From Acidimicrobiia bacterium (GTDB taxonomy: Bacteria; Actinomycetota; Acidimicrobiia; Spongiisociales; UBA11373): a DNA stretch of 64,000 nucleotides. Of this stretch, positions 28,650-38,746 are shown in pieces. The notes beneath the pieces were generated by a model. The model did no database searches, was not told the origin of the DNA, and saw only the letters and a list, made by a program, of their open reading frames with translations. Numbering within the stretch: the first letter of the stretch is position 1; every line of letters starts with the position of its first letter. Position numbers and translations under genes: made by a program. Location: the NCBI GenBank assembly GCA_035464675.1, contig DATHSA010000046.1, forward strand, positions 461 to 64,460. Reading direction: 5' to 3'.

Positions 28650-30071
28650 TCATGCGTTCGGAGCCGCGTCGCCCTGCCGTTGGCTGCTCTCCGCGCGTTG
28701 CCCGCTCCCAAGCACCACACGGATCAGCGTTCCGCCCTCCGGCTTCGCTTCGACCTCGGTCCGGCCCCCCATGGCGTCCACCAGCTCACGGACAATCGCC
28801 AGGCCGAGACCGCTCCCCTCCGGACGAAGCGGTCGATACCGGGTGGTCACATAGAGGCGTTCGAAGATGTGCGGAATGTCGGCCGCGTCGATGCCGGGGC
28901 CGGTGTCTGAGACCTCGACGGCGAGGCCTGCCGGATGATGTCTCAGGACCAGGCGGACGCGACCGGTCTCCGGCGTATAGCGGAGTGCGTTCTCCAGCAG
29001 GTTCCCGGCGATCTGGGCGACCCGATCAGGGTCGATGTCGACCACGCCGACATCGGCAAGATCCGTCTCGAGCCGCACCCGCGCAGCGTCGGCACGCGGC
29101 CGAAAACCCTGGACCACGCCCGCCAGATGCTTCGCGAGATCCACCTGCTCTGGTCGCAGGCTGAACTCTCGGGCCTCGAGCCTGGCGAGAAGCATCAGGT
29201 CTTCGACCAGCCTGCCAAGCCGCGAGGCCTCGGTCCCGAGGACAGCCGCCACGCGATCCATGTCGTCGGGCGACACCCGATCCTCCTGAATCGCCTCGGC
29301 GTAGCCCGCAATGGTGGTGAGCGGGGTGCGCAGATCGTGCCCCACGGAGACCAGGAACTCGCGCTCTCGGCGCCGTGCCTCCTCGAGTTGAATCGCCATC
29401 TGGTTGAACGCCTGGGCCACGGCGGCCACTTCGTCGCTGCCTTCCAGTTGCACCCGCGCGGAGAAGTCGCCCCGCGCGATCCCATCCGAGGCCATCCGCA
29501 GGGCGTCGAGCCGCCGGCCTGCGACCGATGCGAACCATCCGGCGAGAAGTGCTGCGAGAAGCACCGCCAGGACGAGAGCCCACGCGAATCTGCCCAGTAC
29601 ATCTCGCCACGGAACGAGGTCGAGCGTCGTCCCGATCACGACCACCACCGTCCCCCGCTCACCAACCCGGAACGGCTGTGCCACCACCAGGACATCGGTT
29701 CCCTCGACCGTCGCATCGAAGTGGATGGGGCCGGTCAGGTCGGCGAGGTCCGGAACGAGGTCGATGAGGACCGCGCCGTCACTCAGGACGGTGACGGTCC
29801 CGCGGGGCCCGACGATCGCCGCCTCCACGTAGTCGTGACCACCGATCGAAGCCACGGTGGCGAGCACCACCGCGAGGCTGCGGCCGGGCGAATCCGATGT
29901 TCGGGCCAGGTCGGCCTCCACTATCCGCGCCGTGGCGTTCGCCTGACGAAGGAACTCCTGTCGCTCGGAGTTCTCCAGGGATCTGTTGATCAACACTGCG
30001 GCGGCAAGCCCGCCGACGGCGAGCGTGACCACCGCCACCGCGACCATTCCCCAGAAGAACCGCCTTCTCAC
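28650..30071 (-). CDS. HAMP-domain sensor histidine kinase
   Basis: Two TMs, HAMP, VGHDLRTPLT H-box, NLLENALRY, DTGPGI and GSGLGLAIV; GGAGGAG RBS before GTG 30071. Confidence 0.95.
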   Translation of the reverse strand: MRRRFFWGMVAVAVVTLAVGGLAAAVLINRSLENSERQEFLRQANATARIVEADLARTSDSPGRSLAVVLATVASIGGHDYVEAAIVGPRGTVTVLSDGAVLIDLVPDLADLTGPIHFDATVEGTDVLVVAQPFRVGERGTVVVVIGTTLDLVPWRDVLGRFAWALVLAVLLAALLAGWFASVAGRRLDALRMASDGIARGDFSARVQLEGSDEVAAVAQAFNQMAIQLEEARRREREFLVSVGHDLRTPLTTIAGYAEAIQEDRVSPDDMDRVAAVLGTEASRLGRLVEDLMLLARLEAREFSLRPEQVDLAKHLAGVVQGFRPRADAARVRLETDLADVGVVDIDPDRVAQIAGNLLENALRYTPETGRVRLVLRHHPAGLAVEVSDTGPGIDAADIPHIFERLYVTTRYRPLRPEGSGLGLAIVRELVDAMGGRTEVEAKPEGGTLIRVVLGSGQRAESSQRQGDAAPNA

Positions 30072-30081
30072 GCTATCTCCT

Positions 30082-30263
30082 CCCGGGCCGACTTCGGCGG
30101 CTCCGCCGCCGAACAGACGCCGGAAGCGGGCGGTTTGATGGGCGATGGCCACCGATCAGTCTGTAGCTTGTCACAAGCCACAGACTGATCTCCCGTAGAG
30201 CCGATCAAACCGCCCACTTAGGCCCTCCTCCGCCACGTGGGGCCCCAACCCCACGGCGGCCGT
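30082..30263 (-). repeat. Structured intergenic element, copy B (multi-hairpin, with 101-nt hairpin insertion)
   Basis: 30222-30263 matches 54572-54613 at 34/42 nt; 30082-30120 shares GCGTCTGTTCG-[stem]-CGAAGTCG(G)CCCGGG with 54619-54659. Confidence 0.8.
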
Positions 30264-30313
30264 CACGATCCCGGCCATCAGCCTCCTCACGACGGGTGAA
30301 AGGCGTCGAGACT

Positions 30314-30329
30314 CGGGCGACGGGCGACC
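30314..30329 (-). repeat. Short 7-bp repeat (TCGCCCG x2) just after the response-regulator stop
   Basis: Read directly; only two units. Confidence 0.55.
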
Positions 30330-30330
30330 C

Positions 30331-31005
30331 TCACGATTCCGCAATCCGGTATCCGACACCCCATACCGTCTCGATGGGGATGCCTTCGAGCTTCTTGCGG
30401 AGTTGGCGGATGTGAACGTCGACGGTTCGAGTCTCGCCGACATAGTCGTATCCCCAGACCCCCTCGAGGATCTGGGCACGGGACAGCGCCAGCCCGGCGT
30501 TCTCGGCGAGATACCACAGCAGGTCGAATTCTCTCGCGGTGGGGCGAACGACCTCCCCGGAGGGGACCCGCACCTCGCGGCGCCCCGAATCGACCTCGAA
30601 ACCGGAGACCTCGATCGTCGAAGGGGCTCGCGGCGGCTCCTCGGCCCGGCGCAACACCGCCCGCACCCGGGCCACCAGTTCACGGGGTGAGAAGGGCTTC
30701 GTCAGGTAGTCGTCCGCGCCGATCTCGAGGCCGACCACCTTGTCCACCTCGGTGTCCCGGGCGGTGAGCATGATCACCGGGACGTCGGACCACGATCGGA
30801 TTCGCCGGCAGACCTCGATCCCGTCCATTCCCGGGAGCCCCAGGTCCAGAAGCACCACGCGAGGATCGCGATCGCGCGCTGCGTCGAGGCCCCGCTCCCC
30901 ATCGGACGCGTGGATGAGCCGAAAGCCCTCCTGCTCGAAGTACATCCGAACGAGATCGGCGATGGCCTCCTCGTCCTCGATGAGGAGGATGGTCCCTCGC
31001 GTCAT
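30331..31005 (-). CDS. OmpR/PhoB-family response regulator
   Basis: ILLIEDE, VLLDLGLPGMDG, GADDYLTKPF and RTVDVHIRQLRKKL motifs. Confidence 0.96.
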   Translation of the reverse strand: MTRGTILLIEDEEAIADLVRMYFEQEGFRLIHASDGERGLDAARDRDPRVVLLDLGLPGMDGIEVCRRIRSWSDVPVIMLTARDTEVDKVVGLEIGADDYLTKPFSPRELVARVRAVLRRAEEPPRAPSTIEVSGFEVDSGRREVRVPSGEVVRPTAREFDLLWYLAENAGLALSRAQILEGVWGYDYVGETRTVDVHIRQLRKKLEGIPIETVWGVGYRIAES

Positions 31006-31065
31006 CGCATCGTCATCGGTCGCTGCATACGTCGACTTTCGGACGGGATTGTTCGAAAACTGTGA

Positions 31066-32031
31066 TCAGGGGGTGTCGGAACCGCCGAAGGCGGCGAGAG
31101 GAAGGTTCCGCACCTCCGCACTCGCCGAACCTCCGGCCCAGCGTATCTCCACACCGCTTCCTGGTTCCACTTCGCGGCGCACCATCGCCAGCGCCACGGG
31201 GGCCCGCAGCTCCATGGACTCGCCCACCGACGTGATAGTGCCGACGGGGTCTCCACCACTGACCACCTCCGCGCCGGGCGGTGGCAGCACTGTGTCACGC
31301 AGCACGATGCCCCTCAGGTGGCGATTGACACGGCCCCTGGAGTCGATCCTCGCCACCAGCTCCTGGCCCAGATAACACCCCTTCGTGAAGGAGACGGCCT
31401 CGGGGACGAGCCCGGTCTCCTGCGGGATGGTCGACTCGTCCACGTCGATGCCCATGACGGGCTCCCCTGCCTCGATGCGAACCGCGGTCTCGGCGATCGT
31501 TCCGATCGGCGTGGCCCCTGCCGCGTCCAGCCCGGCGTCGCCTGCCGTGAGATATCGGGGCACTCCGACGGGCAACGCGGCGACGAGGACCTGATCTTCA
31601 TCACGCCACCCGACGGGCGGAACGTGCCCTGCCGCCCGGAGGACGTCGGCCGACCCCGGTCCCCACAACACGGCCACCGGACGCCCATCCAGGCTGATCG
31701 TCGCATCGACCCGGAAGCGGAATCGCTCCAACTGCTCGACCACGACTGCTCCTTGCCCCCGGTCCGAGACGAGGCCGACACGATCCTCGCCCCGGAGCAC
31801 CCAGAGCAGCGCCTTCAGCTTGCCCCTGGGCTCCAGAAGCAATGAACGGGCGATCGAACCGGGCTCCATCGCGGCGATGTCCTGGCTCAGCTGCCCGTCG
31901 AGGAAGGACACTGCGTCGTCGCCGGTGACCCACGTGAGGTCGTGCGAGCCGGCTGCCAGGCCCGCGCCCCCACGGGCGGCGAGGTACTCGCCCGTCACGT
32001 CCCCGTACGAAGGCTGCCTCACCGCGCTCAC
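31066..32031 (-). CDS. Folate-binding YgfZ/GcvT-family protein
   Basis: FTKGCYLGQELVAR signature; GTGA overlap with the ccdA stop. Confidence 0.9.
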   Translation of the reverse strand: MSAVRQPSYGDVTGEYLAARGGAGLAAGSHDLTWVTGDDAVSFLDGQLSQDIAAMEPGSIARSLLLEPRGKLKALLWVLRGEDRVGLVSDRGQGAVVVEQLERFRFRVDATISLDGRPVAVLWGPGSADVLRAAGHVPPVGWRDEDQVLVAALPVGVPRYLTAGDAGLDAAGATPIGTIAETAVRIEAGEPVMGIDVDESTIPQETGLVPEAVSFTKGCYLGQELVARIDSRGRVNRHLRGIVLRDTVLPPPGAEVVSGGDPVGTITSVGESMELRAPVALAMVRREVEPGSGVEIRWAGGSASAEVRNLPLAAFGGSDTP

Positions 32032-32774
32032 ACGCCCTCCAGCCACTCTGGCAGGATCCTCTGGAACCAGATGTTGAGCTCGATCAGGGTATTGGTGATC
32101 ATCAATGCTCCGAAGCCCACGAGGAGCAGTCCGGACGTCACGGTTATCGCCCTGAAGTGCCGTTTGAACCAGTCGAGGGCACCGTAGGCCTTGCCGATCC
32201 CGATGCCTGCCGCAACGAAGGGGACGCCGAGGCCCATCGAGTAGACGAACAGGAGGAACATGCCCTGGGGCACCGAGCCCTCCGTGGCGGCGATCGTGAA
32301 GATCGATCCGAGTATCGGGCCGATGCACGGCGTCCACCCGAAGCCAAAGGCGGCCCCCATGACGGGCGCCGCCCATCGCCCGAGGCGAGAGGGCCGCACC
32401 TCGACCCGCCGCTCACGCATGAACGGCATGAGGAGCCGGGGGTTCCACAGCGCCGAGACCGTGATGAGCGCCCCCATTCCTATGACCACCCATCCGGCAA
32501 CGGCGAGCAGCGTGCGCTGGTTGCGGATGAGCAGCGATCCCAACGCCGTGGCGGTGGCCCCCAACGCAACGAAGACCGCGGTGAACCCGCCGACAAAGAG
32601 CATGGTCGTGCGGAACATCCGGCGTGTGGAGACCCTCCCCTCTGACAGGTCCGTCGCCGAGTAGCCCGACATCATCGAGAGATAGCCGGGAAGCAGCGGG
32701 AGAACGCACGGAGACAGGAACGACAGGGCCCCGGCGAAGAACGCGACGATGATGTTGACGTTTCCGATCTCCAC
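32028..32774 (-). CDS. ccdA: Cytochrome c biogenesis protein CcdA / DsbD transmembrane domain
   Basis: LSFLSPCVLPLLPGY and FGWTPCIGPILG motifs. Confidence 0.93.
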   Translation of the reverse strand: MEIGNVNIIVAFFAGALSFLSPCVLPLLPGYLSMMSGYSATDLSEGRVSTRRMFRTTMLFVGGFTAVFVALGATATALGSLLIRNQRTLLAVAGWVVIGMGALITVSALWNPRLLMPFMRERRVEVRPSRLGRWAAPVMGAAFGFGWTPCIGPILGSIFTIAATEGSVPQGMFLLFVYSMGLGVPFVAAGIGIGKAYGALDWFKRHFRAITVTSGLLLVGFGALMITNTLIELNIWFQRILPEWLEGV

Positions 32775-32858
32775 CTGCGCCTCCCGGCCGGTCAGCCCGG
32801 AAACGGTAACGGTCCGGCACGGGTTCCCCGACCCGGGGGCGAGCACTAGCCTCGGCGG

Positions 32859-33185
32859 GTGCCCGCCATCAGTGATTGGCACGATCTCGCGGTCCGCTCC
32901 GGGACGATCGTGCGCGCCGAACGGAATGAAGGGGCCCGCGACCCTTCCTACCGCTTGTGGATCGACTTCGGCGAGCTCGGCGAGAAGCAGTCGTCGGCCA
33001 AGATCACCGATCTCTACCAGGCATCAGACCTTCCCGGGACGCAGGTGATCGCGGTGACGGGGTTCGACCCGATCCGTGTCGGCGGGTTCCGCTCCGACGT
33101 CCTGGTGCTCGGCGTTCTGACCGGGGACGGTGTGGTGCTGCTCCGTCCCGACCGTCCGGTGCCACCGGGCAGCGAGATCGCCTGA
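32859..33185 (+). CDS. csaA: tRNA-binding protein / CsaA-like chaperone (Trbp111 fold)
   Basis: YRLWIDFGELGEKQSSAKIT and GFRSDVLVLG motifs. Confidence 0.85.
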   Translation: MPAISDWHDLAVRSGTIVRAERNEGARDPSYRLWIDFGELGEKQSSAKITDLYQASDLPGTQVIAVTGFDPIRVGGFRSDVLVLGVLTGDGVVLLRPDRPVPPGSEIA

Positions 33186-33186
33186 C

Positions 33187-34443
33187 GTGCGTCTCCTCGG
33201 GGCGCTGCGCCCGCCAGACCGCATCGAGCGACGAGAACTGGGCGTCCTGGGGCTCTTCGCCATCGTGGCCTTCGCCCAGGGATGGTCCGGGACCGTCGTC
33301 ACCCATGCCCTGCCCTTCGTCCAGAAGGACCTCGGCCTCTCGGACGCCGAGGTCTTCGATCTGATGGCCGCCATCCGCGCCACGTCGCTCCTGGCGCTGG
33401 GCCTTTCGTGGTGGGGCGACCACCGTGGCAGGCGCCGGCCACTGCTCCTCGCCTTCGCACTCCTCACCTCGGCGAACCTGGCCACTGCTCTTCTGCCGGG
33501 GGCCGCCGCATTCACCTCGACCCAGGCGCTGGCGCGCATCGGCACCGTGGCGATCGGATCGCTCGCCCTTGTGGTCCTCGCCGAGGAGGTCGGCCCTCGA
33601 ATTCGCGGCTATGCCCTCGCCCTGTACGCCCTGTTCGGATCGCTGGGAACGGGATGGGGCTTGATCGTGCGACCGATGGGCGCTGGAGGCGACGACTGGC
33701 GGATCCTCTTCGGGCTCAGCGCCATCCCGATCCTTGCGCTCCCTTTCCTGATGGCCCGGGTCGCCGAGTCACGCGCCTTCGTCGCGACGCCTACCCGGCC
33801 ACCGCTGGCGGCCGTGTTCCGGCGCGGGCATGCCGGCCGCTTCTGGCCCATGGCGTTGCTTGCCTTCGCCATCTCCGCGTTCACCTCCCCTGCGGCCAAC
33901 CTCGCGCTGGTGCGCCTCGAGAACGCCCTCGGATGGTCGGCGGGCGGGGCCTCGCTGCTCCTCGCCCTCACCAGCGCGCCCGGTGTCGCCATCGGATTGC
34001 TGGCTGGAGGGCGGCTTGCCGACGTCGCCGGACGCCGCCCCACGCAGGCAGTGGCGATCGTGATCGGTGTCACCGGCGGAATCGGCTTCTACTTCGTCGA
34101 GACCGCGCCACTCCTCGGTCTCGGGATCTTCCTGTCGACCATGGGCGGGTCGGCATTCGGGCCCGCGTTCGCCTCCCACCGGTCCGAGCTGTTCCCAACC
34201 GACCTGCGCGCCACCGCCGGCGCCTGGATCGTCAACGCCAGCGTCCTCGGAGGGCTGACCGGATTCGCCGCGGGACGCTTCGTGGTCGATGCGTGGGGCA
34301 TCCCGGTGACGATCGCCCTCATCGGAGGCTTCCTCCTGGTCTCGGCGTCTGCCCTGCTGTTCCTGCCCGAGACCAGGGGGCTCAGCCTGCTGCCGGACGA
34401 GAGAACGGACCCGCCCGAGCCACCCGTCTCCATCCCAACGTGA
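33187..34443 (+). CDS. MFS transporter
   Basis: About 12 hydrophobic segments, GDHRGRRRP and GRLADVAGRR motif-A-like, ELFPTDLRATA. Confidence 0.88.
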   Translation: MRLLGALRPPDRIERRELGVLGLFAIVAFAQGWSGTVVTHALPFVQKDLGLSDAEVFDLMAAIRATSLLALGLSWWGDHRGRRRPLLLAFALLTSANLATALLPGAAAFTSTQALARIGTVAIGSLALVVLAEEVGPRIRGYALALYALFGSLGTGWGLIVRPMGAGGDDWRILFGLSAIPILALPFLMARVAESRAFVATPTRPPLAAVFRRGHAGRFWPMALLAFAISAFTSPAANLALVRLENALGWSAGGASLLLALTSAPGVAIGLLAGGRLADVAGRRPTQAVAIVIGVTGGIGFYFVETAPLLGLGIFLSTMGGSAFGPAFASHRSELFPTDLRATAGAWIVNASVLGGLTGFAAGRFVVDAWGIPVTIALIGGFLLVSASALLFLPETRGLSLLPDERTDPPEPPVSIPT

Positions 34444-35704
34444 CGGCCCGCGCTGCGAGGAGCGCCGCCAGCGACCACCAGACCCCGACGAGCCCCCAGC
34501 CCAGCGGGAGCACGAGGACGAGCAGACCGATGGCGACCGCCGACGCCACCACCATTGCGACGGCCAGGAACCCGAAGTCCCCGGCCCCTATGAACACCCC
34601 GTCCCAGACGAATACGAGGGCGGCGACCGGTTGAACGAGGACGAGGATCGGATACGCGTCGGCGATCGCCCTTCGGGCATCCGGCTCGGGGGTGAACCAA
34701 CCCGGAACGAACGGCGCGAGCGCCGCGAGAGTCAGAAGGAGGATGACGCCCAGGGCGACGCCCAGCGCCGCCAGCCGGTCGGCCAACTCGCGGGCCGAAC
34801 GGCCGTCTCCAGATCCACGCACCTTGGCCACGAGCGCCTGCGCGGCGATCGCCAGGGCGTCGAGTGCGAGAGCCAGGAAGAGGAACACCTGTGAGAGCAC
34901 CTGGTGCGCTGCCACCGCGGCATCCGACACCCGGGTGGCCACCGCCGTCGCCACTGTGAAGGTGGACAAGAGGGCGCCGGTGCGAATTGCGAGATCCCGC
35001 CCGACCCGGAGGAAGGCCCTCACCTCTCCGGCGACCGGGCGCGCTCCGACCAGCCCGAAACCAGCCGCTCCCCGCCGGAGCAGGACGAGGAACCACAAGG
35101 CGCCGACCCACTGCGCGGTGACCGTGGCCCAGGCCGCGCCGGAGATCCCCCAGTCGAGGGCAAAGATCAGGATCGGGTCGAGCAGTAGGTTCACCGCGTT
35201 GAGTCCGAGAGCGACGACGAACGGTGTCCGGGTGTCCTGATAGCCGCGATAGGCACCATGCGCGGCTCGTACGACGAGGACGGCCGGTGCGGCGAGGGCC
35301 CGGATCCCGATGTAGGTGACCGCACCGGAGCGAACGCCGCCCGTCGCGCCGAGAGCACCGGCGATGGGGCCCCGAAACGCGACCAGCAACCCGGCGACGG
35401 CGACGCCACAGACGGCTCCGAGCGCGAGTGAGGTTGCCGTTGCTCGCCCGGCGGCCTCGATGTCGCCGCGTCCGACGGCCCGCGCCACCTCGGTCGTCGT
35501 GCCGTACTCGAGGAAGTTGAACACGAAGAATGCAAGGGCGAAGACGGCCGAGGCCACGCCGAGCGCCCCCAACTCGTCGATTCCCAATCGGCCGACGAAC
35601 GCGGTGTCGACCAGGCTGAGCACGGGTTCGGCGATCAACGACCCCAGTGCGGGAATCGCCAGGGCGGCGATTGCCCGGTCGTGGGGCGACCGCAGCCGGA
35701 TCAC
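34382..35704 (-). CDS. MATE family efflux transporter (DinF-like)
   Basis: AIPALGSLIAEPVLSLVDTAFVGRLG, DTRTP, LDPILIF and AAHQVL motifs. Confidence 0.92.
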   Translation of the reverse strand: MIRLRSPHDRAIAALAIPALGSLIAEPVLSLVDTAFVGRLGIDELGALGVASAVFALAFFVFNFLEYGTTTEVARAVGRGDIEAAGRATATSLALGAVCGVAVAGLLVAFRGPIAGALGATGGVRSGAVTYIGIRALAAPAVLVVRAAHGAYRGYQDTRTPFVVALGLNAVNLLLDPILIFALDWGISGAAWATVTAQWVGALWFLVLLRRGAAGFGLVGARPVAGEVRAFLRVGRDLAIRTGALLSTFTVATAVATRVSDAAVAAHQVLSQVFLFLALALDALAIAAQALVAKVRGSGDGRSARELADRLAALGVALGVILLLTLAALAPFVPGWFTPEPDARRAIADAYPILVLVQPVAALVFVWDGVFIGAGDFGFLAVAMVVASAVAIGLLVLVLPLGWGLVGVWWSLAALLAARAVTLGWRRVARAGPFSRPAAG

Positions 35705-36384
35705 GAATCCGTCGGGGGAGGGGTCTTGTCGGGATACGGGCAGATATCCATCACGATGCAGTCCCAGCACCGCGGATTCCGGGCGATGCACGTGTCACGC
35801 CCGAATTGGATGACCCTCATCGAGATGCCCGCCCACCTCTCCTCCGGGTAAAGGGCGCGCAGGTCCCGCTCCACCTTCACCGGATCTGTCTGGTCGGTGA
35901 GCCCGAGCCTTCGGGTCACCCGTTTCACGTGGGTGTCGACGGCGATCGCCGGCTTCCCCCACGCCTCGGCGAGGACGACGCTCGCGGTCTTGCGGCCCAC
36001 TCCCTGGAGCGTCACCAGGCGGTCCAGGTCGTCGGGCACCTCGCCGTCGAAACGCTCCACGAGGTCGCCGCTGAGGCCGATGATCGCCTTCGTCTTCTGG
36101 CGGTAGAAGCCGGTCGAGTAGACGACCTCCTCCACCTCTTCAGGGTCGGCGTCGGCCAGATCGGCCGCGGTCGGCCAGCGCTCGAAGACGATCGGCGTCA
36201 CGCGGTTGACGTTCTCGTCGGTGGTCTGAGCGCTCAGCACGGTGGCCACCAGCAACTGCCACGGGTCGTCGTGGTCGAGGGCGGTGCCGATGGCCGGATG
36301 CTGCTTCTCCAGCCTTCCCAGGATCGTGCGCGCCCTGCGGCGCGTGGCGGGATCTGGGGTCGATGAGGGAGCACCGGCCGACAT
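35701..36384 (-). CDS. nth: Endonuclease III
   Basis: LLVATVLSAQTTD, HhH LQGVGRKTA, VDTHV and 4Fe-4S motif C-x6-C-x2-C-x5-C. Confidence 0.96.
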   Translation of the reverse strand: MSAGAPSSTPDPATRRRARTILGRLEKQHPAIGTALDHDDPWQLLVATVLSAQTTDENVNRVTPIVFERWPTAADLADADPEEVEEVVYSTGFYRQKTKAIIGLSGDLVERFDGEVPDDLDRLVTLQGVGRKTASVVLAEAWGKPAIAVDTHVKRVTRRLGLTDQTDPVKVERDLRALYPEERWAGISMRVIQFGRDTCIARNPRCWDCIVMDICPYPDKTPPPTDS

Positions 36385-36420
36385 TCCCATCGATGCTACC
36401 GGTCGGTACTCTCCGCCCCG

Positions 36421-37029
36421 ATGACCGGCACGATCGGCTCGGCGGTGCGCGAAGCGATCATCGCTCGCGGCCGCGTCGAGGGCCCTCTGGTGAAGGTCGA
36501 TGACTTCCTGAACCACCGCGTCGAACCCGGCCTCATGAAATCGATCGGCTCCGACCTCGCCGGCCTGCTCGCCCCGTCTCGCCCGACCTTGATCCTCACC
36601 GCCGAGGCGAGTGGCATACCTCCCGCCCTGGCCGTCTCGATGGCCCTGGACGTCGACGTGATCTACGCGAAGAAATACCCGCGCACCCGGTCGACCAGAC
36701 CGGCATACGTGCGCGAGGTCGCATCGCCCACGAAGGACGCCGAGTACCGGGTCGAAGTCGCCCATCGCGTCCTCGGCACCGGGGAACGAGTGGCGATCGT
36801 CGATGACTTCCTGTCCCGGGGTCGAACCGCGGAAGCGCTGGGGGAGATCGTTGAAGAGTCGGGATCGACCGTGGCCGGACTGGGGTTCGTGATCGAGAAG
36901 GCCTTCATGGAGGGAAGAGGTCGTCTCGAGGCTCACGGATGGGCCGTGGTGGCGCTCGCGACGATCCTTTCGCTGCAGGACGGGGTGGTGGAGATGGCGC
37001 CGAGCGGTGCAGACACCGGCAACCGCTAA
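36421..37029 (+). CDS. xpt: Xanthine phosphoribosyltransferase
   Basis: LVKVDDFLNHRV, ILTAEASGI, IVDDFL and GFVIEKAF motifs. Confidence 0.85.
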   Translation: MTGTIGSAVREAIIARGRVEGPLVKVDDFLNHRVEPGLMKSIGSDLAGLLAPSRPTLILTAEASGIPPALAVSMALDVDVIYAKKYPRTRSTRPAYVREVASPTKDAEYRVEVAHRVLGTGERVAIVDDFLSRGRTAEALGEIVEESGSTVAGLGFVIEKAFMEGRGRLEAHGWAVVALATILSLQDGVVEMAPSGADTGNR

Positions 37030-37066
37030 CCTCCGCACCCATCCCGCCGGTCTCCCGGAGGCCTCC

Positions 37067-37825
37067 GTGCAGTCGCAGCACCGTCCAGCACCCACGACCC
37101 TGGCGTTCCACGCCTCGAGGATCGTGATCGACGTCGGCGTGCTCCTGGCGATGGCATCGCTCAGCCTCGACTTCGTCGAAGGATCCAGGACATCCCAGTC
37201 GGCGCTCCAGGCCGATGCACTCCCGGCTGTCATCCTGCTACTGCCGATCTTTCTGATCACCCTCATCCCCGATCACACACGACCCCTTCCCCGACCGCTG
37301 GGGTGGGCGTCTCTGATCCTCGGACTCGCGGCCTTCCCGTACGCGATCGTCAAGCACCTCGACGCCTCGGTCATGGCAGAGACGCTGGACGGATCGGTGG
37401 CGATCGGCGCTCGCCTCCTGGTCTTTGGAACATTCGTGACGCTCGTCGGCATCACGATCGGCCTGACCCGGTCGTTCATGGGTCTGCCCACCGGCGGCAA
37501 CCCGGCGCGGCGGAGCGTGACGAGCACCACACGAGCCGACAAGCCCACCGTCCGCGCCAAGGCCGCGGACACAGCTTCTGGGACCGACGTCGCGGCCGTG
37601 GGGGAGGCGCAGCCTTCCGTGCCCGACCAGGTCGAGGCCGAGGTCCGTCGTCCCGAACGAGGCCCCTCGCCCGCGGACGAGAACCCGTTCGAAGAGCCAC
37701 TGTTCGACTCCCTGGAGATCCCTGCGTTCGTGGAGCCGACCCGGGAGTCGGGTCCTTCGACCCTCGTCTTCGACGCCGAAGCAGCGAGCGACCGCGTCGC
37801 CGAAGAGGACGAACCCGAGGACTGA
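37067..37825 (+). CDS. Hypothetical membrane protein (about 4 TMs plus acidic disordered tail)
   Basis: Hydrophobic N-terminal half and Pro/Glu-rich C-terminus; GGAGG upstream of GTG 37067. Confidence 0.7.
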   Translation: MQSQHRPAPTTLAFHASRIVIDVGVLLAMASLSLDFVEGSRTSQSALQADALPAVILLLPIFLITLIPDHTRPLPRPLGWASLILGLAAFPYAIVKHLDASVMAETLDGSVAIGARLLVFGTFVTLVGITIGLTRSFMGLPTGGNPARRSVTSTTRADKPTVRAKAADTASGTDVAAVGEAQPSVPDQVEAEVRRPERGPSPADENPFEEPLFDSLEIPAFVEPTRESGPSTLVFDAEAASDRVAEEDEPED

Positions 37826-37858
37826 TCACCACCCCGCCCGTCCTATCCTCACCGCGCC

Positions 37859-38746
37859 GTGCGCCGTCCCGCTGTCGCCGTCGCAGCCCTCGCCCTGGCC
37901 TCGCTCCTGTTCGGAGTGACCTTCGTCGTCGTCAAGGATGCAGTCGTGGAGGTCCCCCCGATGCGGTTCGTGGGGTGGCGCTTTCTACTGGGTGCCGCGG
38001 TGCTGGTCGCGATCCGGATACCGAGGGGATCCCGGTTGTGGCGGGATGGGACCGTTGCGGGCCTCTTCCTGTTCGCCGGCTATGCCCTCCAGACCCAGGG
38101 ACTCACGTCGACGTCGGCGTCGAACTCGGGGCTGATCACCGGCCTCTATGTCGTGCTGACGCCCCTGATGGCGTCGACGGTGGCGCGTCGCCTGCCTCGC
38201 CGCCTCGTCGTGTTCGGCGCACTGCTGGCCTTCTCTGGATTCGGTGTCCTCACGGTGGTCGACGACTTCAGGTTGTCTTCGGGCGACGCCTACACGGTCG
38301 GGTGCGCGGCCGCCTTCGCCGGACACATCGTCTATCTGGCCCGGACGGCCAACTGGCACAGAGTGGTCCCATTCACCGCCGTCCAACTCCTGGTCACCGC
38401 GGTCCTCGGACTGGGCCTCTCACTGGCGATCGACGGTGCCGCCGTCCCCGGGTCCGACGCCTGGCTCGCCATCTCGGTGACCGGCATCGTGGTGAGTGCC
38501 GGCGCCTTCTACCTCCAGGTCTGGAGCCAACGGGTGATCGGTCCGTCCCGCACCGCGATCGTGCTTGCACTCGAACCGGCGTTCGCAGCCCTCTCGGGTG
38601 CGGTCTTCCTGGGTGAGCGGATCGGGTGGCGTGGCGTCGTCGGAGCCGCCCTCATCCTGGCCGGCATATACGTGGTGCTCGCCGGGACCGGGCCCGACGA
38701 CGACCTCCCGATCGAGGCGGCCGAGGCCATTTCACCCGCCCACTGA
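37859..38746 (+). CDS. DMT/EamA family transporter
   Basis: Duplicated 5-TM repeat, LEPAFAA motif. Confidence 0.9.
   Translation: MRRPAVAVAALALASLLFGVTFVVVKDAVVEVPPMRFVGWRFLLGAAVLVAIRIPRGSRLWRDGTVAGLFLFAGYALQTQGLTSTSASNSGLITGLYVVLTPLMASTVARRLPRRLVVFGALLAFSGFGVLTVVDDFRLSSGDAYTVGCAAAFAGHIVYLARTANWHRVVPFTAVQLLVTAVLGLGLSLAIDGAAVPGSDAWLAISVTGIVVSAGAFYLQVWSQRVIGPSRTAIVLALEPAFAALSGAVFLGERIGWRGVVGAALILAGIYVVLAGTGPDDDLPIEAAEAISPAH

Noticed and set aside
30082-30263. Hammerhead or HDV-like ribozyme identity for the structured element
   Set aside because: No CTGATGA/GAAA core and no convincing HDV double pseudoknot by eye; not excluded without an assay
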